A stretch of 63,505 nt of DNA, filler included, from Hausera hauseri (Eukaryota): NCBI GenBank assembly GCA_046269625.1. It is 12 parts of 12 records of this genome, joined end to end, with 100 filler letters (N's around TTAATTAATTAA, not from the genome) between each part and the next. Parts side by side here need not be neighbours in the genome. Positions count along the whole stretch, not along the records: positions 37,803 to 47,143 come from JBJURY010403256.1; positions 47,244 to 51,651 come from JBJURY010596000.1; positions 51,752 to 57,647 come from JBJURY010172195.1; 9 more parts are not named here. One strand, 5' to 3'. The notes below the pieces were generated by a model, which searched no databases, had not been told where the DNA came from, and saw only the letters and a program-made list of their open reading frames with translations. The position numbers and the translations under genes were made by a program. Shown in pieces: positions 40,623-54,449 of the stretch (positions within the stretch are counted from its first letter, which is position 1; every line of letters begins with the position of its first letter).

Positions 40623-41701
40623 TGTACAATTCTTGAATAATATCCATTTATTGGGAATTAAAAATATCGGAAACAATAATTGCAAGCATCAACAGAGTCA
40701 AAAATTAATTCATTGAAAACTTCTAAAAATGGTTATAAATCAAAAAACATGTCATTAATCAAATTTATTCAATTACTCAAACAAAATATTTTTTTCTCTG
40801 AGTATAAAATAACGTATTTAATGTTCACATGCAACAATTAAAATATTATCGAAGGATACGTAAGAAACAATGTCACATGTCAAATAAATGTTGTCGAAAA
40901 AATTATCAGATCACCAGTATAGCGTTGCATAAAATTGTAGAACCACAACTGTTATCATTGCAATCGAAGATTAAATGATTAGATTCGCACTAATATAAAC
41001 TGGAAGTGTCTAATTGAATCAAAAATGCACAACTAATCTGGTTCTGACGCAACAGACTTCCCATGTTTTTTCTGGCTTCGTTTGGTGAATTTGTTGAATT
41101 TCTATTGATTTAACACTGGAATTTTCTTTAACTACAGACATTGTGCATAAATAAGTCTGATGTATAATTGGTTATTGCGTAATTTCTGCGAATGTTCGTT
41201 AATTAGAAGATGATGTAATTTCGTTCGAATTTAATCGATCGTTAGTCGGAAAGTTGTAAAGACTAGATCTTTGTCAATGAGTAAGACAATTACAACGTTT
41301 GGCCTGTTCGAATTTTCTCCTTTAAATGTGGAAGAGGCTTTGTAGAAAATATTGATTTGACGGGAGAACAGTGGAGAATCATTGTTGAGACAGACGATAG
41401 ATGTCATTGAGGATGATTTGATAATCTTTCCAACTGTTGTTGCAATATGGGATGATGATATGGGAAGTAGAGACTCGATACGAAGTCGTGGACGTCGACT
41501 GGATCATAGGAGCCTTTGTATTCGACAAAATAGATTTGATACGTACGCTACCAATTGCGGAAATCGGATGGGTTTTAGGACTCGCTGACGTTTGCTTTTA
41601 GTGTTCCAGCAGTTAATGGACATAAAGGGCACTTTATATTCAGTATATCGGCAATATGAATAATATCCTTTCGGCGAATTAGACTTTTAAATTATCTGAA
41701 A

Positions 41702-44700
41702 TGTGTAGAGATGTAGAAGTGCTAGTCTGAAATTTCGGCTCACGGAAATTTTTGAGTCAGTAGATCGGGACCCGACTATGGGCCCGACGCAGCGGCAACG
41801 GACATCCGATCGCGCCCAATCAAATGGGCCAGAGGGCGCCGGCCGCTGTGGGCACCACATCACCCCTCGTGGCAAGGCGAAAACTATGAAGAATATAAAA
41901 AAGAGAAAAAACCGCAAAACGAGAAAGTGTCTGTGTCAGTCGGTCTTAGTGTGGACAAGACGTTGGGAGCCTTCTAGTGATTTTCCCCTGCTCTATTTGC
42001 TGAATGTGACTGCGTGTTTTGTCTTTATGCTGTGTATTTGTTTGCAGAGACTGAGGTTGGGGAAAATTGGTAGATTTTTGTGTATGTGTTGTGTCGTGCG
42101 AAGATGAGTCGAAATAAAGAGAAGAAGACGAAGAAGGAAGAGGGATTGTTGAAGACGGATGGTTAAAGGTATTGAAAAGAGTGTTAGAATACGAAGGAGT
42201 GATGAAAGGTGTAATGGCAGATAAAGGAAAAGAGGAAAGAGTTGGAGTAGAGACTGGAATTGTGTTGAGTGAAAGAGCTGAATAGGAAAATAGAACATGG
42301 GGAGTGGTAGGAATAGAAGTAGAAAGTGTAGAAAATGATGGAGCAGGACTAGGCGTAGAAGAGGAAGGTGGAAATGGTGTAGCAATAGATATGGGGATAG
42401 CAGGGAGTGGAGAAGTGAGAAAAGATGTTGACGTGTCGACTGGTAAGGTGTCGTCGACAAAGAAAGCGGGCTTTAAGTTGGTGATGTGTACTGTAAGGTG
42501 TTTGCCGTATTTAGAGATAATGGCGTTGTGTGAGTGCATCTGCATTAGTTTATAGGGCCCCAGGTACCATGGCTGAAAACCCCAAGGCGTTTGATTCTTT
42601 AGCCATACGAATTTTGCAGAATACAGATCTTCGGGTAAGTATGTTTTTTCTTTGTGGAGTGGTGTTGGATTCTGCAAGGATTCGTATTGACGTTTTGAAT
42701 GTTCGGTAGAAACGTTCTAGAAGGCCATTCGATTGGGGTGATAAGGCATAATATGTATGTGGTAGATCCCCAATCGGCTAACTAGGGATTTGAACAGGTT
42801 GGATTCAAACTGTGGACCCTGGTCCGTGATAATGAAGCGAGGTAATCCAAACCTGCTAATCCATGTACGAATGAAAACATCACCTATAGTGTTGGTGTTT
42901 GTGCTCCGCAGAGGGACAGCTTCTGGCCATCGCGAGGAACGGTCCATCATGCTGAAGATAAATTGATGTCCGTTGTCTGGAGGAAGAGGGCCAACGATGT
43001 GGATATGCACGAATTCCAAACGCCATGTGCAGGGAAAGTGGAATAGTAATGGCTTTAAATGCTTAGCTGTTTTGTATTTTTGGCAAACCACACACTCCTT
43101 AATCCATGCCTGCAAATCAGAACGCATTGACGGCCATATTACTTGTCGATGAAGTAAAAGAAAAGTGGCTTTAGCACCAGGATGGTGTAGTGAATGCACG
43201 CTGTGAAATGCTTGCCTTTGCAACGGTGGTGCTAGAATTATTACGGAATGGCCTGGTTTGGAAGTGTTTAAAGACACGCCGTCAACGATTGTGCAAGACT
43301 TAAAAGAATTAAGCATGTCCTGAGGTGGCTGGTTCTGTTGAAGTTGATCTTGCGTAAAAATCGGTGAAAAATTAATCGAACTAACCGACCTAGATAAAAA
43401 ATCGCCAACCAAATTGTTAACCCCGTTAATGTGTTTAATGTCGAAGGTAAATATCGATAAATATGATATTTGTCGTTCTTGGCGTGTGGAAGGGTGTTTC
43501 ATAACCATGGTGTTAAGTAAGGGCTTGTGATCGGTTTGTATAGTGAAATGACGAACAACAAGCAGGTGGGAAAAATGCTTTAAAGCGAAAACGATTGACA
43601 ATAGTTCTCGATCGAACGTTGAATATCTGGTTTCAGGGGATGTTAGCTTGCGAGAGAAAAATTCTAGTGGTTGATTTTTGTGGTGCCGCTTTTGCGGGCG
43701 CCGCCACCACTGACGACAAGCGTTTGGCGACTGAGTGCCTTTCGGATGGATGTTCCACTTGTCCCGATTTTAGTCCAATGACTCTCGTTCAAGAATTGAA
43801 CGGAAGTCAAAAAGATTCTACAAACCCATTGGAGATCGCCTTGTCAGGGTGATTTAATTGACCCGATAATTTAGTTATTTGCAGCCTTATTACGTAATGT
43901 AAAAGAATTTTCACGTAGCCGTGTCATACCTTGTATTTTTGCATCAGCTCAATTTTTCAGTTGCACATTTATCTACGGATGTAAACTGATGAAAAACCTC
44001 GAAATTGGTTTAGCTTCAGTTTTAGTTTTAGATCAGAGACAAAAAAGAAAAAATTAATTAATCAATTTCACTCAAGAAATGAAATATTTTATTTGCTTTA
44101 AATTATTTGCTGAATTGCAAAAGTTCATGACAAATTTAACCGTTGTATTTTTTTAATTGTGCCCGAATCATTTTGTATCGTAAGTTGGCAATTAACAAAA
44201 AGATAAAAAAGTAGTTTTAGTAATTTCAGGCTCAGCGTACATAATAGACGAGTGCAGAGGTGCGTTGCACAACCGATTTACCCGACCTATTTTTTTTCTT
44301 TAAAAAAACAAAAAAAATCTAAAGAAAAATTGTGTTTCAATTCTCAAAAGGTTTTTGCTTCGAGAATTTTAACCTCCATTTTTTACGCTGTTTTCGGTAA
44401 TAAAATTTTGGCGATACTTATTCGATTCCTTTTACCAGGCCTGATTTTTTATACCGTGGAATTTATTTGGTTGAAAATCAAATTCCCTTCGATGATTTAT
44501 GATAGCAGTATTGGGAGGAATGCGACCATTTCTGGGGGTGGGTTAGCTCTCCCAATAAACCCTGGTATAGTGGTTTCATTTTTCAAAACTAAGTCAATTC
44601 AGGAACAATTCGGATACAACAACAAAGAAAATAACAATTGGTATCAGAAGAACAACACAGAAATTCACAATTTTCTCCCGTGTAGATCTGGTGGAATACA

Positions 44701-47143
44701 GCGCCTACTGCAGTGGTTGACGCGTCTGTAGTAAGGATAAGTTCTGCATCAGGCTTGGGGAAAACGAAAATATTGACGGTCTTAATTCCTTCGCGTAGGT
44801 AATAAAATTTGTCAACCAATTCAGGTGTCCACTGGATTGGTTGATGTTTTTTGCCACCGTTTAGTTGTGCGAATGGTGCTATCAATTCGGAGCAATATGG
44901 TACATATTTATGTAAAAAGTGTAATGTACCAAGGAAACTGCGCACTTCAGTGGTTGTTCGTGGCAACTGGATATTTTTAAGAGCTTCGACTTGGTCTGGT
45001 TGGGCAGAATGACCGTCTGGTGAAATAATGTGGCCTAAAAAGTTAATGCGCTTTTTGAAGAAATAACATTTGTCGAAATTGACTTGGAGATTATGGTGGT
45101 TAAGACGTTGGAATATTGCGCGAAGATGTTCCTCGTGTTGTTTGGCAGAAGATGAAACGACTAGAATATCATCGATATAAGAATGTGTAAACGGGAAATC
45201 TGAAAGAATTTAATCAATGTTTCCCTCAAAAGTTTGTGCAGCATTCCGAAAACTAAATGGCATAAACAGGTATACATAGAGACCAAAAGGAGTAGTGACA
45301 GCAGTTTTTTCTATATCTTCGGGTGCCACCGGTATTTGATGGTATGCTTTAGCTAAATCAATGGTCGAATAGATAGTGGTTGAATTAAAACGATGCAGGA
45401 TATTCTTGATGAGTGGTAAAGGGTACACATCCATGACAGTCAAGTTGTTCAGCTGTCGGTAGTCACCGCATGGTCTAAAAGTACCGTCCTTTTTGTACAA
45501 CGTGTAAGCGTGATGACCAAGGAGATTTGGAACGGCGTACTATGCCGGAACGTTCTAGTTTAAGAAATTCGGCTTCTACGGCCTGCCTACGACGAGGTGA
45601 CAGAGGTCGTACCTTTTGGCGTATTGGACGTTGATGTTGTGTAACTGTGTGGTGTAATATACTGTTTGCGGGAGTAAACTTACGGTCTTTTTTAAAGACG
45701 CGTGGACATGATGTGTTGACGAAATGTTGTAAAGTTGTAGGTAACTGTGACAGATTTGGTGGAAGTGGTTAAACGGTTTGAGTAGTAGCGGATGCATTTT
45801 GTGAGTTGTTAGGTGATGTGCAGTCAAGTGGTATTTGGTGTAAGGTGGTCGAATTGAAAATGGTGTTGGATGAAGTATTTTCGTCGAATGAATTAACGTT
45901 GGTCGTAGTGCCACACTTATCGACATCGAACCTCAATCGAATATCAATATTATTATTTAAAAATTTACGAATTGAATTATTGTTATGAAAATTCGAATTA
46001 TTCATTGATTTTTTAAAGATAGATCTCCGCGTCCCGGTCGACTGCGCGGTAGTCGAAATGATATTGACATGCCCAGAAATGTCGCCAATGGTTCCGTTCC
46101 TCAAACATCACTGACTGAAGTCAACCAATAAATTATAATGTGATAGGAAATCAGATCCTAAAATTGCCATCTGGACGTTAGCGACTGTGAACGTCCAGTG
46201 GAAATGTGAAAGAAAAGTTGGTAATGTGAAAGATAACTTAGCCATGCCAGAAATGTGCAGCGGTTAGCCTGAAACAGTGTATAAGGCCTTGATTTGAATG
46301 GAGAATTTTGTACAGGAAAGGTTTGTGGTAATAAAAAAATCGCTGCACCTGTATCGATGAGGAAATCAACAGATTGTGTTGTAGGAGCGGTGATTGCAGC
46401 CTTTAGAGTACAGACAACAAAAGAGACGTGTCGGCGTTCAGAAAGTGAAGTAGTGTCTTTGCCAGAGTTTGCCGTGACTTCTGGCGGCAAACTTAGTTTT
46501 TTTGAAAGGGTGAATTAGGATGACTATTATAAAAGAAGGTAGTACGTCCGTCGTTCGTAGTTGATTTGAAAGTGCAGCTTGGAATGCATTTACGAGCCTA
46601 ATTTTTGAACCTTGCATGATAGATGCAAACAACGGTGTTATAAAATTTGCAACTTAAGCATCATTTCTGAGCATTAGTGTTAAATCTGCTGTCGGAATAG
46701 CAGATTGACAAACGCGCAGGCGATAGTGAGCGGTTTCTAGATGCAGAACAAACGCGGTCAGCGACAAAATCCCCTCGGCGGGACAGAGAAAGTTCGTTTA
46801 ATTTATTATTAATATTGTTGATTGTTGCGTGTAGTGCAAAATTTTCAGCATGTAGCTGATTAAACTGTTGTTCTATTGATGTGTTATTGGTTTGAATATC
46901 GTTAGCGGCAACTGCTGCTGAAACAACTGGTGAGAAAATTACGTGTACCACGCCGTGTGTCCTATCGGCTAATTCGGCCAATTTCTGAAGAGGCATGGAG
47001 TCTTTCACCACGGTAAATAGGGCCCAGATTTGGATGGGTAACGCGTTGAGGAAGTAGTGGAACAGTAGTTCTGGGTTGTGTTCTTTAGTGACGCCGAGGG
47101 TATGTAGATGTGCCAAAGAGGTGCGTAAGAATTCTGATGGTCG
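41702..47143 (-). mobile_element. CsRn1-clade-like Gypsy (copy C): gag-PR-RT-RH-IN, PPT and short 3' LTR
   Basis: FLIDTGAA, SYIDDILV, LTTDAS, FTIQTDHKPL, HSLHHPG..CVVCQ, SRWPEAVPL, TDQGPQFES; PPT GAGGGGTGA then LTR TGTGG...CA (41859 to ~41702). Confidence 0.92.
43680..44680. mobile_element. ~1-kb composite insertion splitting the RNase H of copy C
   Basis: RNase H breaks after AVFHQIY (~44685) and resumes at NQPLEF..SRKL (~43675); AT-rich MITE-like core bounded by CAGGGT..ACCCTG. Confidence 0.65.
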
Positions 47144-47549
47144 NNNNNNNNNNNNNNNNNNNNNNNNNNNNNNNNNNNNNNNNNNNNTTAATTAATTAAN
47201 NNNNNNNNNNNNNNNNNNNNNNNNNNNNNNNNNNNNNNNNNNNTATTGGTTATAAAATCTTTTCAAATTGATTCTCACAGTCAAAAATGTGAAATCAAAT
47301 TTTCCGACCCGAATAACATATCGAACCTGGAAAGATTTTCGACCTTCTATCTAGCGTTACACTCATTTCCGATGAATCAGCAAAACCATGTTCAGAAGAG
47401 AAACTATCTGTTTCCACAATCTCAAAAGTATTCGACAGTTTCCAAATTCCTTTTCATTCCAAAAATTTTAGTGTTTACTAATCAAAATTAAAAATGGTTT
47501 TGTAAATGTTAAAAAACGGCAACGAAAAATGGCACCCTTTGTCTATCGG

Positions 47550-48837
47550 ATATACAAATAGATGTTAAGAAATACTGAAATTATTACCAGCTCGATTACT
47601 GTTAGAAATGTTAGTGTCAAAGATATCAGTACTAATGGTTTATTGTACACAGATATACTTTCCTTGGCCCTTGGAAATAATGAGAATGTAAAGATTCCCG
47701 AAATTAATGAAAAGATTATCAAAATGCAAATCGAACGCCCTTCCAATAGTCAAAATACCGAAATATCTTGTTTCACTCCCCATGTCGTCCGCATACACTC
47801 CCCAAAAATTTTGGTGTCATTGGAGGACTGTACATCTGATTTTATTTCTTACCTCTCACGACAAAAAAATAATATCAAAGCATCTCCGATAACGGCTATT
47901 TTTCCAACGGTAACTCGTAACAAGCAACATGAATTGTTACCGAATACCAAAGTTAATTTTAAAACTCTTTCCCATTTTAGTTTTTCCACAAGAAACGGGG
48001 TCTAATGACGTCATTGTTGCGCATCTCGATAACATCTTGGTTACCAACGAATCATTTTTTATTAATGTTTTGTTTTCCGACGCTCTTGTTATGTCTCGAA
48101 AAATGAAAGCGTCTGATCTGACAAATGTTGAGATGTTCACAAATACAACGAATGGTTTCTCCGTATTAGAAAATGTGGACTTTTCGTTAAAAATATTGAA
48201 AGTAAATCGCACTCATCGGAGTTTTCAAAAATGTATATTAATTTACACCGAATTTTCACCTTCACTTTCGTTGTCACTTTCAATTATTGATCATATATTC
48301 TGGTATCAGCTGATGAATTTTCAACAACAGAAAACTAATCAACCTCTTTTCTTCACCACTTTCCACCGATTACCAAACATATAAATAAAATAAATATTTC
48401 CTCATGTCCGGATTTATCGACAGAATTTCCATAAGACAATGACTTAGAGCACGACATGTTTCTGTCTCCATTTCAATTACGGACTAGCGAATCAGCAAAA
48501 GAAAGAAAACAAGAAGCAATAGTATTTATATTTTACATTCCCCAATTGCATCACCGTTTGAAGATTATAATATGGCTATGCCAAGTCTAAAATATCTCTT
48601 ATAATAAGTGTTCGATTAATCGATATAAAAATCCCATATTTCGATGCCGAACACGATTCGATCAATCGTAATATTGATGCCGACTTCAACGATCTCACAC
48701 TTCGAGTTATTATGGAAATTTGGGTGGTTTTGCTAGACTTCATATGTCTTGGAAGTCGATTTTATGATCCAAATGACCTTGTTGATTTGGCAGATGTTTC
48801 GAAAGTATTGCCGTCACCCAATAAGAAGTACAATGAG
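47550..48837 (+). pseudogene. VPS13D-like fragment
   Basis: ISVRLIDIKIPYFDAEHDSINRNIDADFNDLTLRVIMEIWVVLLDF resembles recalled VPS13D (NRSIDVDFNCLDVLITLQTWVVILDF); PILVFP..DVIVAHLDNI VPS13 repeat; frameshifted; GTAAGA donor at 48838. Confidence 0.65.
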
Positions 48838-49319
48838 GTAAGATTTATCATTGTGTACTATTTGCTCGACAAATATTCTTAATATGATTTTTATTAACGA
48901 TGTCTTCCTCACTTTTCCAATATATTTTTGTCCATACCATCGTTGACACAACATCACCCCTTTTAAACTTCGCCCTCCGTTGCGGTTGTCCTTTACAGCT
49001 TATTTACTTCGATAGTTCATATTTTTGTCCGCATGTGCGTAACAATACTTTTGAGTTCCAAGTAAATCACAGCGTGACTGACTACCCACCTGTCCGTCCA
49101 ATTCCAGTAGGTCCCACACCGTGGTTTTTTTCATCGCCACACTACCCAATAGGGTCTGTGACACCCCTCTCGTTTTCCTTTTAATGCATAACTTTCAAAT
49201 ACTAACACACAACATTAAATACCATATAGACTCACTGCACTTACACAAATACGTACAACATTTTACTGCTCTTTCAGACTTTTACTTCTATTAATACTCT
49301 ACCACTCATTAATGACAAT

Positions 49320-51651
49320 GTGCGCAATTATTTTTATCCTTCGACCCCACATCTCGTTATCCATATACATTTGTGCATACGTGGTGGAATGGACTCTTCA
49401 CCCACCATTGACACTACTGACAAAACTACCTCTAAAATATCACATTTTGCTTTTAACCAAAAATCGTCGACCGTCACCATGCCATTTACTTTCACCAGCA
49501 ATACGTTTTCCATCCTGCCAGCCAAACACACTTCTTCTCAGTGTACGGAGTAATTTATTCATCACGAAAACTCCACAAAAACCTTGCTCAGCTTTCACAA
49601 ACTTTGGCTGCAGTCTAATAACATTAGTGATCCCTCAGCAAAAGCTCATAGTTTGCTTTGTCTCTTACCAAACACAGTTAAGACTTTTCTTCACAACATT
49701 TTAGATATTTTTCAACAAGCCGACCCGTACACACATCTCTATAACGCAGTCTTAAAACTTACCGAACCGTCAATGGATTTCATAATTCATAGATTCTTTA
49801 ATAATAACGCCATTGGAACACAAAAGCCTTCTGAGTTCCTACGTACATCGTTGGCTCACCTACAAACGCTAGGTGTAACTAGGCAGCATAATTCAGACCT
49901 TCTGCGAATATTTTTCTTAAACGTGTTGCCTATACAAAGTAGGGCACTCCTTACTGTTGTCGAGTAATCTACGGCGTTGGATAAATTGACGGAATTGGCT
50001 GATAAAGCACATGAAGTGCTACAATTGAATTCCCGACCAATTGTATCAGCAGCGGTCACAACAAGCGACAATCAACTTCATACAACAATAGAGCAACAGT
50101 TGAGCCCATTACTCGCTGAAAATTTAGCACTACAACAGACAATAAATAAGATTAATAATAGGTTGAACGATTTATCATTACCACGACAAAGTGTTCCTAT
50201 TCATAATCATACTCGTTCTGTTTTTAGAAACAGGTCACCATCGCCTACACGATCTTTTGTGTGCTATTATTATAGCAAATTTCATAATAAAGCTAATAAA
50301 TGCTGTTTAGGGTGTAGATATTACACTCCAAATTTACATTCAGACAAGATTGTTTGCATCTACCATGCGAAATTCGGATTTCACGCTCAGAAATATCTTT
50401 CAGGCTGCAACTATAAGAAAAACACTAACCATTTTACGACAGACGTTCTATTTCCCCTAGTAATAGTCGGCCGATCCCACCGCTCCAAAAAAAACTAATT
50501 TCGCCGCCAGTATTCACGGCAGAGTCGGGCAAAGGCAACTTCTCTAATACTACCTGCCGACACACTTCTTTTGCAGTCTTTAAACTAAAGGCTTCGATAA
50601 CCTCACCAACAACTAAATCCATTGATTTCCTTATCGACACAGGCGCTGCGGTTTCTTTGTTACCACTCACTTTCCCTGTAAAAATTCACCATTCAAAGCT
50701 AAACCGTTATTTATGGCTTCAGGAGAACCGCTAGACATTTCGGGTACATATAAATTGTCGTTCACCTTGCCAAACTATCAGCCAACATTTCATTGGACGT
50801 TTACCGTCGCTAATGTCCGCACTGCAATGCTAGGTTCGGATTTCTTATCGCACTGTAATCTTTTAGTTGATTGCAGTCAACAGTGTCTGAAACGTAAAAC
50901 TACTGGACATCTTAGCGAGCGAATAAATATGACATCCACTAGGACGCAAACGATCTTCCCACGGAAGGCTATACTCAAAAATCCTCTAAGTAATCCAAAC
51001 GTCTTTAACAAGCATTTTTCATTTCTTAAATTTTTTAATGATAATATCGATATTCAGTCGAGATTTGGTTTTGACAACTACAATTGTGTTGGTTCGGTAC
51101 ATTCACTAGATAAAATTACCTCTTCAAACACTATTTTTAATACTACTATCCTACATTAAATTATCCTTGATTTCAATAACTCGCAAACATCACTCGTCAC
51201 TGCACATATTGACTCAACACCATCAACATCACCCAACCTCTTGCAATTGCCTTTAAGTCTACGGCAATACATACAAAATTCATGCCCCCGCCTAATCAAG
51301 AATGACCGAACCTTCACATCTACAAACAGCACTTTTCATCGCATCATAACGCAACATCAAAGACCTTTTCGTCAAAAGGTACGTCCATTGTCACTTCGTT
51401 GTAGGCAAGCTGTCAAAGCGGAATTTATAGACCTTGAACGCTCCGGCATTGTACGCAGATCTAAATTGCCGTGGTCTTCGCCTTTACACGTTGTCCAAAA
51501 AAAGATGGATCCTTCCGACCATCTGTGATTGCCGTCAACTAAACACATTGACTGTTATGAACGCATACCCTTTACCATTAATTAAGGATATCCCGCACCG
51601 GCTTAATTCCACTACAGCATACTAAACCATAAACTTAGCCAAGGCATATCA
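49320..51651 (+). mobile_element. CsRn1-clade-like Gypsy gag-PR-RT (copy D)
   Basis: Twin CHCC motifs, AAAAAAC-TAA gag end, FLIDTGAAVS, PWSSPLHVV, NAYPLP. Confidence 0.9.
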
Positions 51652-51759
51652 NNNNNNNNNNNNNNNNNNNNNNNNNNNNNNNNNNNNNNNNNNNNTTAAT
51701 TAATTAANNNNNNNNNNNNNNNNNNNNNNNNNNNNNNNNNNNNNNNNNNNNAAAACACA

Positions 51760-52340
51760 TACGTGGTGAGGCCAAAAAGTCCTTAAAATAAAAAAGATAC
51801 GTGGACCTAATTTTATATTTGAAACAACAAATATATAGAGGTTTTATTTTTCCACATAATTCACATAATTCAACAACATAGCTCACAACAATTCAACGCA
51901 CACTCACGTATTTTTCCAGCATTCGACCATGGTTTTGAACCCCATTTCGAAGAAATCTGAACCCTTTTCCGAGAAAAATTTCACATTTTCCTTCAGATCG
52001 TCCTTGGAATCGAATCTCTGGCCTCACAAATGTTTCTTGAGGTGGTTAAACAGCCCATAATCGCTGGGTGCAATATCAGCGCTGTATGGAGGGTGGTCCA
52101 TGAGCACGAATCCACTTTTTCCAATTGCCTGCTGTGTTCTATGCGATGGCTGCACAGGAGCGTTGTCGTGCAGCAAATAGAGGTCTTGGTTGCGCGGCTT
52201 GCGTTGGAGGCCCCTGACTTCATTGACCGGATTGATGTAGTACTCAGGATTGATGATTTCCTGCGTGAAATCAATCTTTCCGACTTATTTGGAGTCCAAA
52301 AGATGGATGGGGTTAATCGAAGGGAGAAAAGTCGATTTCT
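51760..52340 (-). mobile_element. mariner transposase C-terminal remnant with TIR
   Basis: LHDNA, HPAIMG/PSDYGLFNHLKKHL region (YSPDLAPSD-like); TA-CGTGGTGAGGCCAAAAAGT terminus. Confidence 0.8.
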
Positions 52341-54449
52341 ATAATAACAATTAAACTGAAAACGATAGACGATCTATTTCAGAAATATCCGCATTCGAAC
52401 GGTTAACCGCAGTAATGTGCGAATAGTAAAAAAGCCGAATAATCGAAAATCTGATAGTACGAATAGTTGTTGTAACCAAACATCAGAATCCTCCTTGTAT
52501 TGATTCTATGTACATTTCACCATGCGCTGTCATTTCTAGACTCAAACCACCACCCGCTATGAACTGGGGTAACGTTCGAAATCTCCAACAAGGAATCTTA
52601 AATATCGGAGGAAATCAAGAAGTACAACGAAAGAAATTCTGTGGAAAGTCGGTCACGTGAATCAAGTATTGTTGACAAGTCATGAAGAGTCGAGGAATCA
52701 GAAAAGAGTATTACATTTCCTACTGTCATTGAATCAAAGTATAGAAAATGAAACATCAGTAAGTCATGAAATCAATGTCGAAGAATGTCGAATGTTTGCA
52801 GAAACAGAAAATGATTGGGTCAACGATATTCATAGACAAAAAGATTCATTCATCCACCATTCAAATAACACCGTTGTAGAATCCGATGAGTCTATACCAC
52901 ACATTGATCGGAATTTCCTGTCGTTTACCGTTCAAAAGTTTCAACTAGGCACTCTTCTGCTATTAGAGTAGACTAACCAGAATCTTTTAATTTTTTTACC
53001 GTTAGCAAGAACACTCTCTAATGCCGTTTTTTCTAACATAACCACGGGTCATTTCGTTGATCAACCATTTAGCCGGATCATTGTCGATATGCTTATCATC
53101 AGTGTTGATGCTTTTACGTGCCAGTTTTTTATGAATTTTATTTCCATGTTTCTTATCCATTTTCTATATATCTTTCTATATCTTTGTTTCATTTGTCTCC
53201 TTTTTCTTTCCTCAACTTTGCGTATTGATAGCCCATTTTTAAAACTCACAATTTTTACCTATGCTACCAATGAGTAACGAACTGTATAAAATTGTAAATG
53301 TCTAACTTCCCTACAAAATTGCCAACCTAAACATTGGCCTAGTGTGTCTCACTGCGATAATCTTCTCTCACACACAAAAATCGAACTTTGGTAAAAAAAT
53401 TTGCAATTTCCAATAAGAGGAAATCAAATGGATTATTGATATAATTGAAATAATGATTTAGTTTGAGTACTGCAGTATTTTTTTCATCGAATTTCAAATG
53501 AATTCGTACGTGTGACATAACAACTATTCGAAATTAACATAATTTATAAAATATAGTCACAATTTCATTGGGTTACTGAGGTTACCATAAACATTGACAT
53601 AATTGTTACTATTTAATAAAATGTTCACACACACACGCACACACAAATTTGAAATTTAAATTTTCCCATTTTTGTTACTTTGTTGAATGTTGTCACCATT
53701 TCATTGGATTGATGAAGTTATATAAACATTTACCAAATGGACAATGACAACTATTGAAAAAAAACCAAAGTAAGTTTCTTACAATATCGTAAAGAATGTT
53801 TTGTTTTATTAATTATCGATTATTTTTTATTAAAATTCATTGAAATTAATATTTAATTGATTCTTCATAACGATTGTACAAATAAATAATTATTGATGAT
53901 GACAATTTTATGTATGATTAAATAATTGTGCAATGATATGATTTTCATTGATAACCAGACTTAATGACAATCCAAATGAATAAGTGCCATAAAATTACCA
54001 ATGGCATTGAAAATTGAAATAAAATTCATTGAATTGATTAATCGTAATTTTAAATTTTGTATTCGCTGAAATTATTTGATTTAATTATTCATTGATTTAA
54101 AAAGAAATGGTGAATATGAATGATTAATTGATTGTTGTGAATATTGTTTAGTTAAAGAACCTTCAAATAAATAAGGATATATAATTTTAGCCATAACGTT
54201 GAAAATCCGTGATCCACAAAATGACTATATACACGGAATAAGCAACAAACTGTTCATAATAATTATAATAATCAGTCAATTTGATGTAAAAATGAAAAAT
54301 CGTGTATTTTTGATGATACAAATTGATATATAAATGCATATACTTGTATAGAATCCATACAAACATGTGCAATTGAATTTTGACCGTTTTTTGAAACTAT
54401 ATAGATGCATTAACATTATTATCAATAAAATGATTTTCATTTTTTAGAT

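Noticed and set aside
52460-53250. Possible minus-strand host exons
   Set aside because: Coding-like, but no family could be identified with confidence
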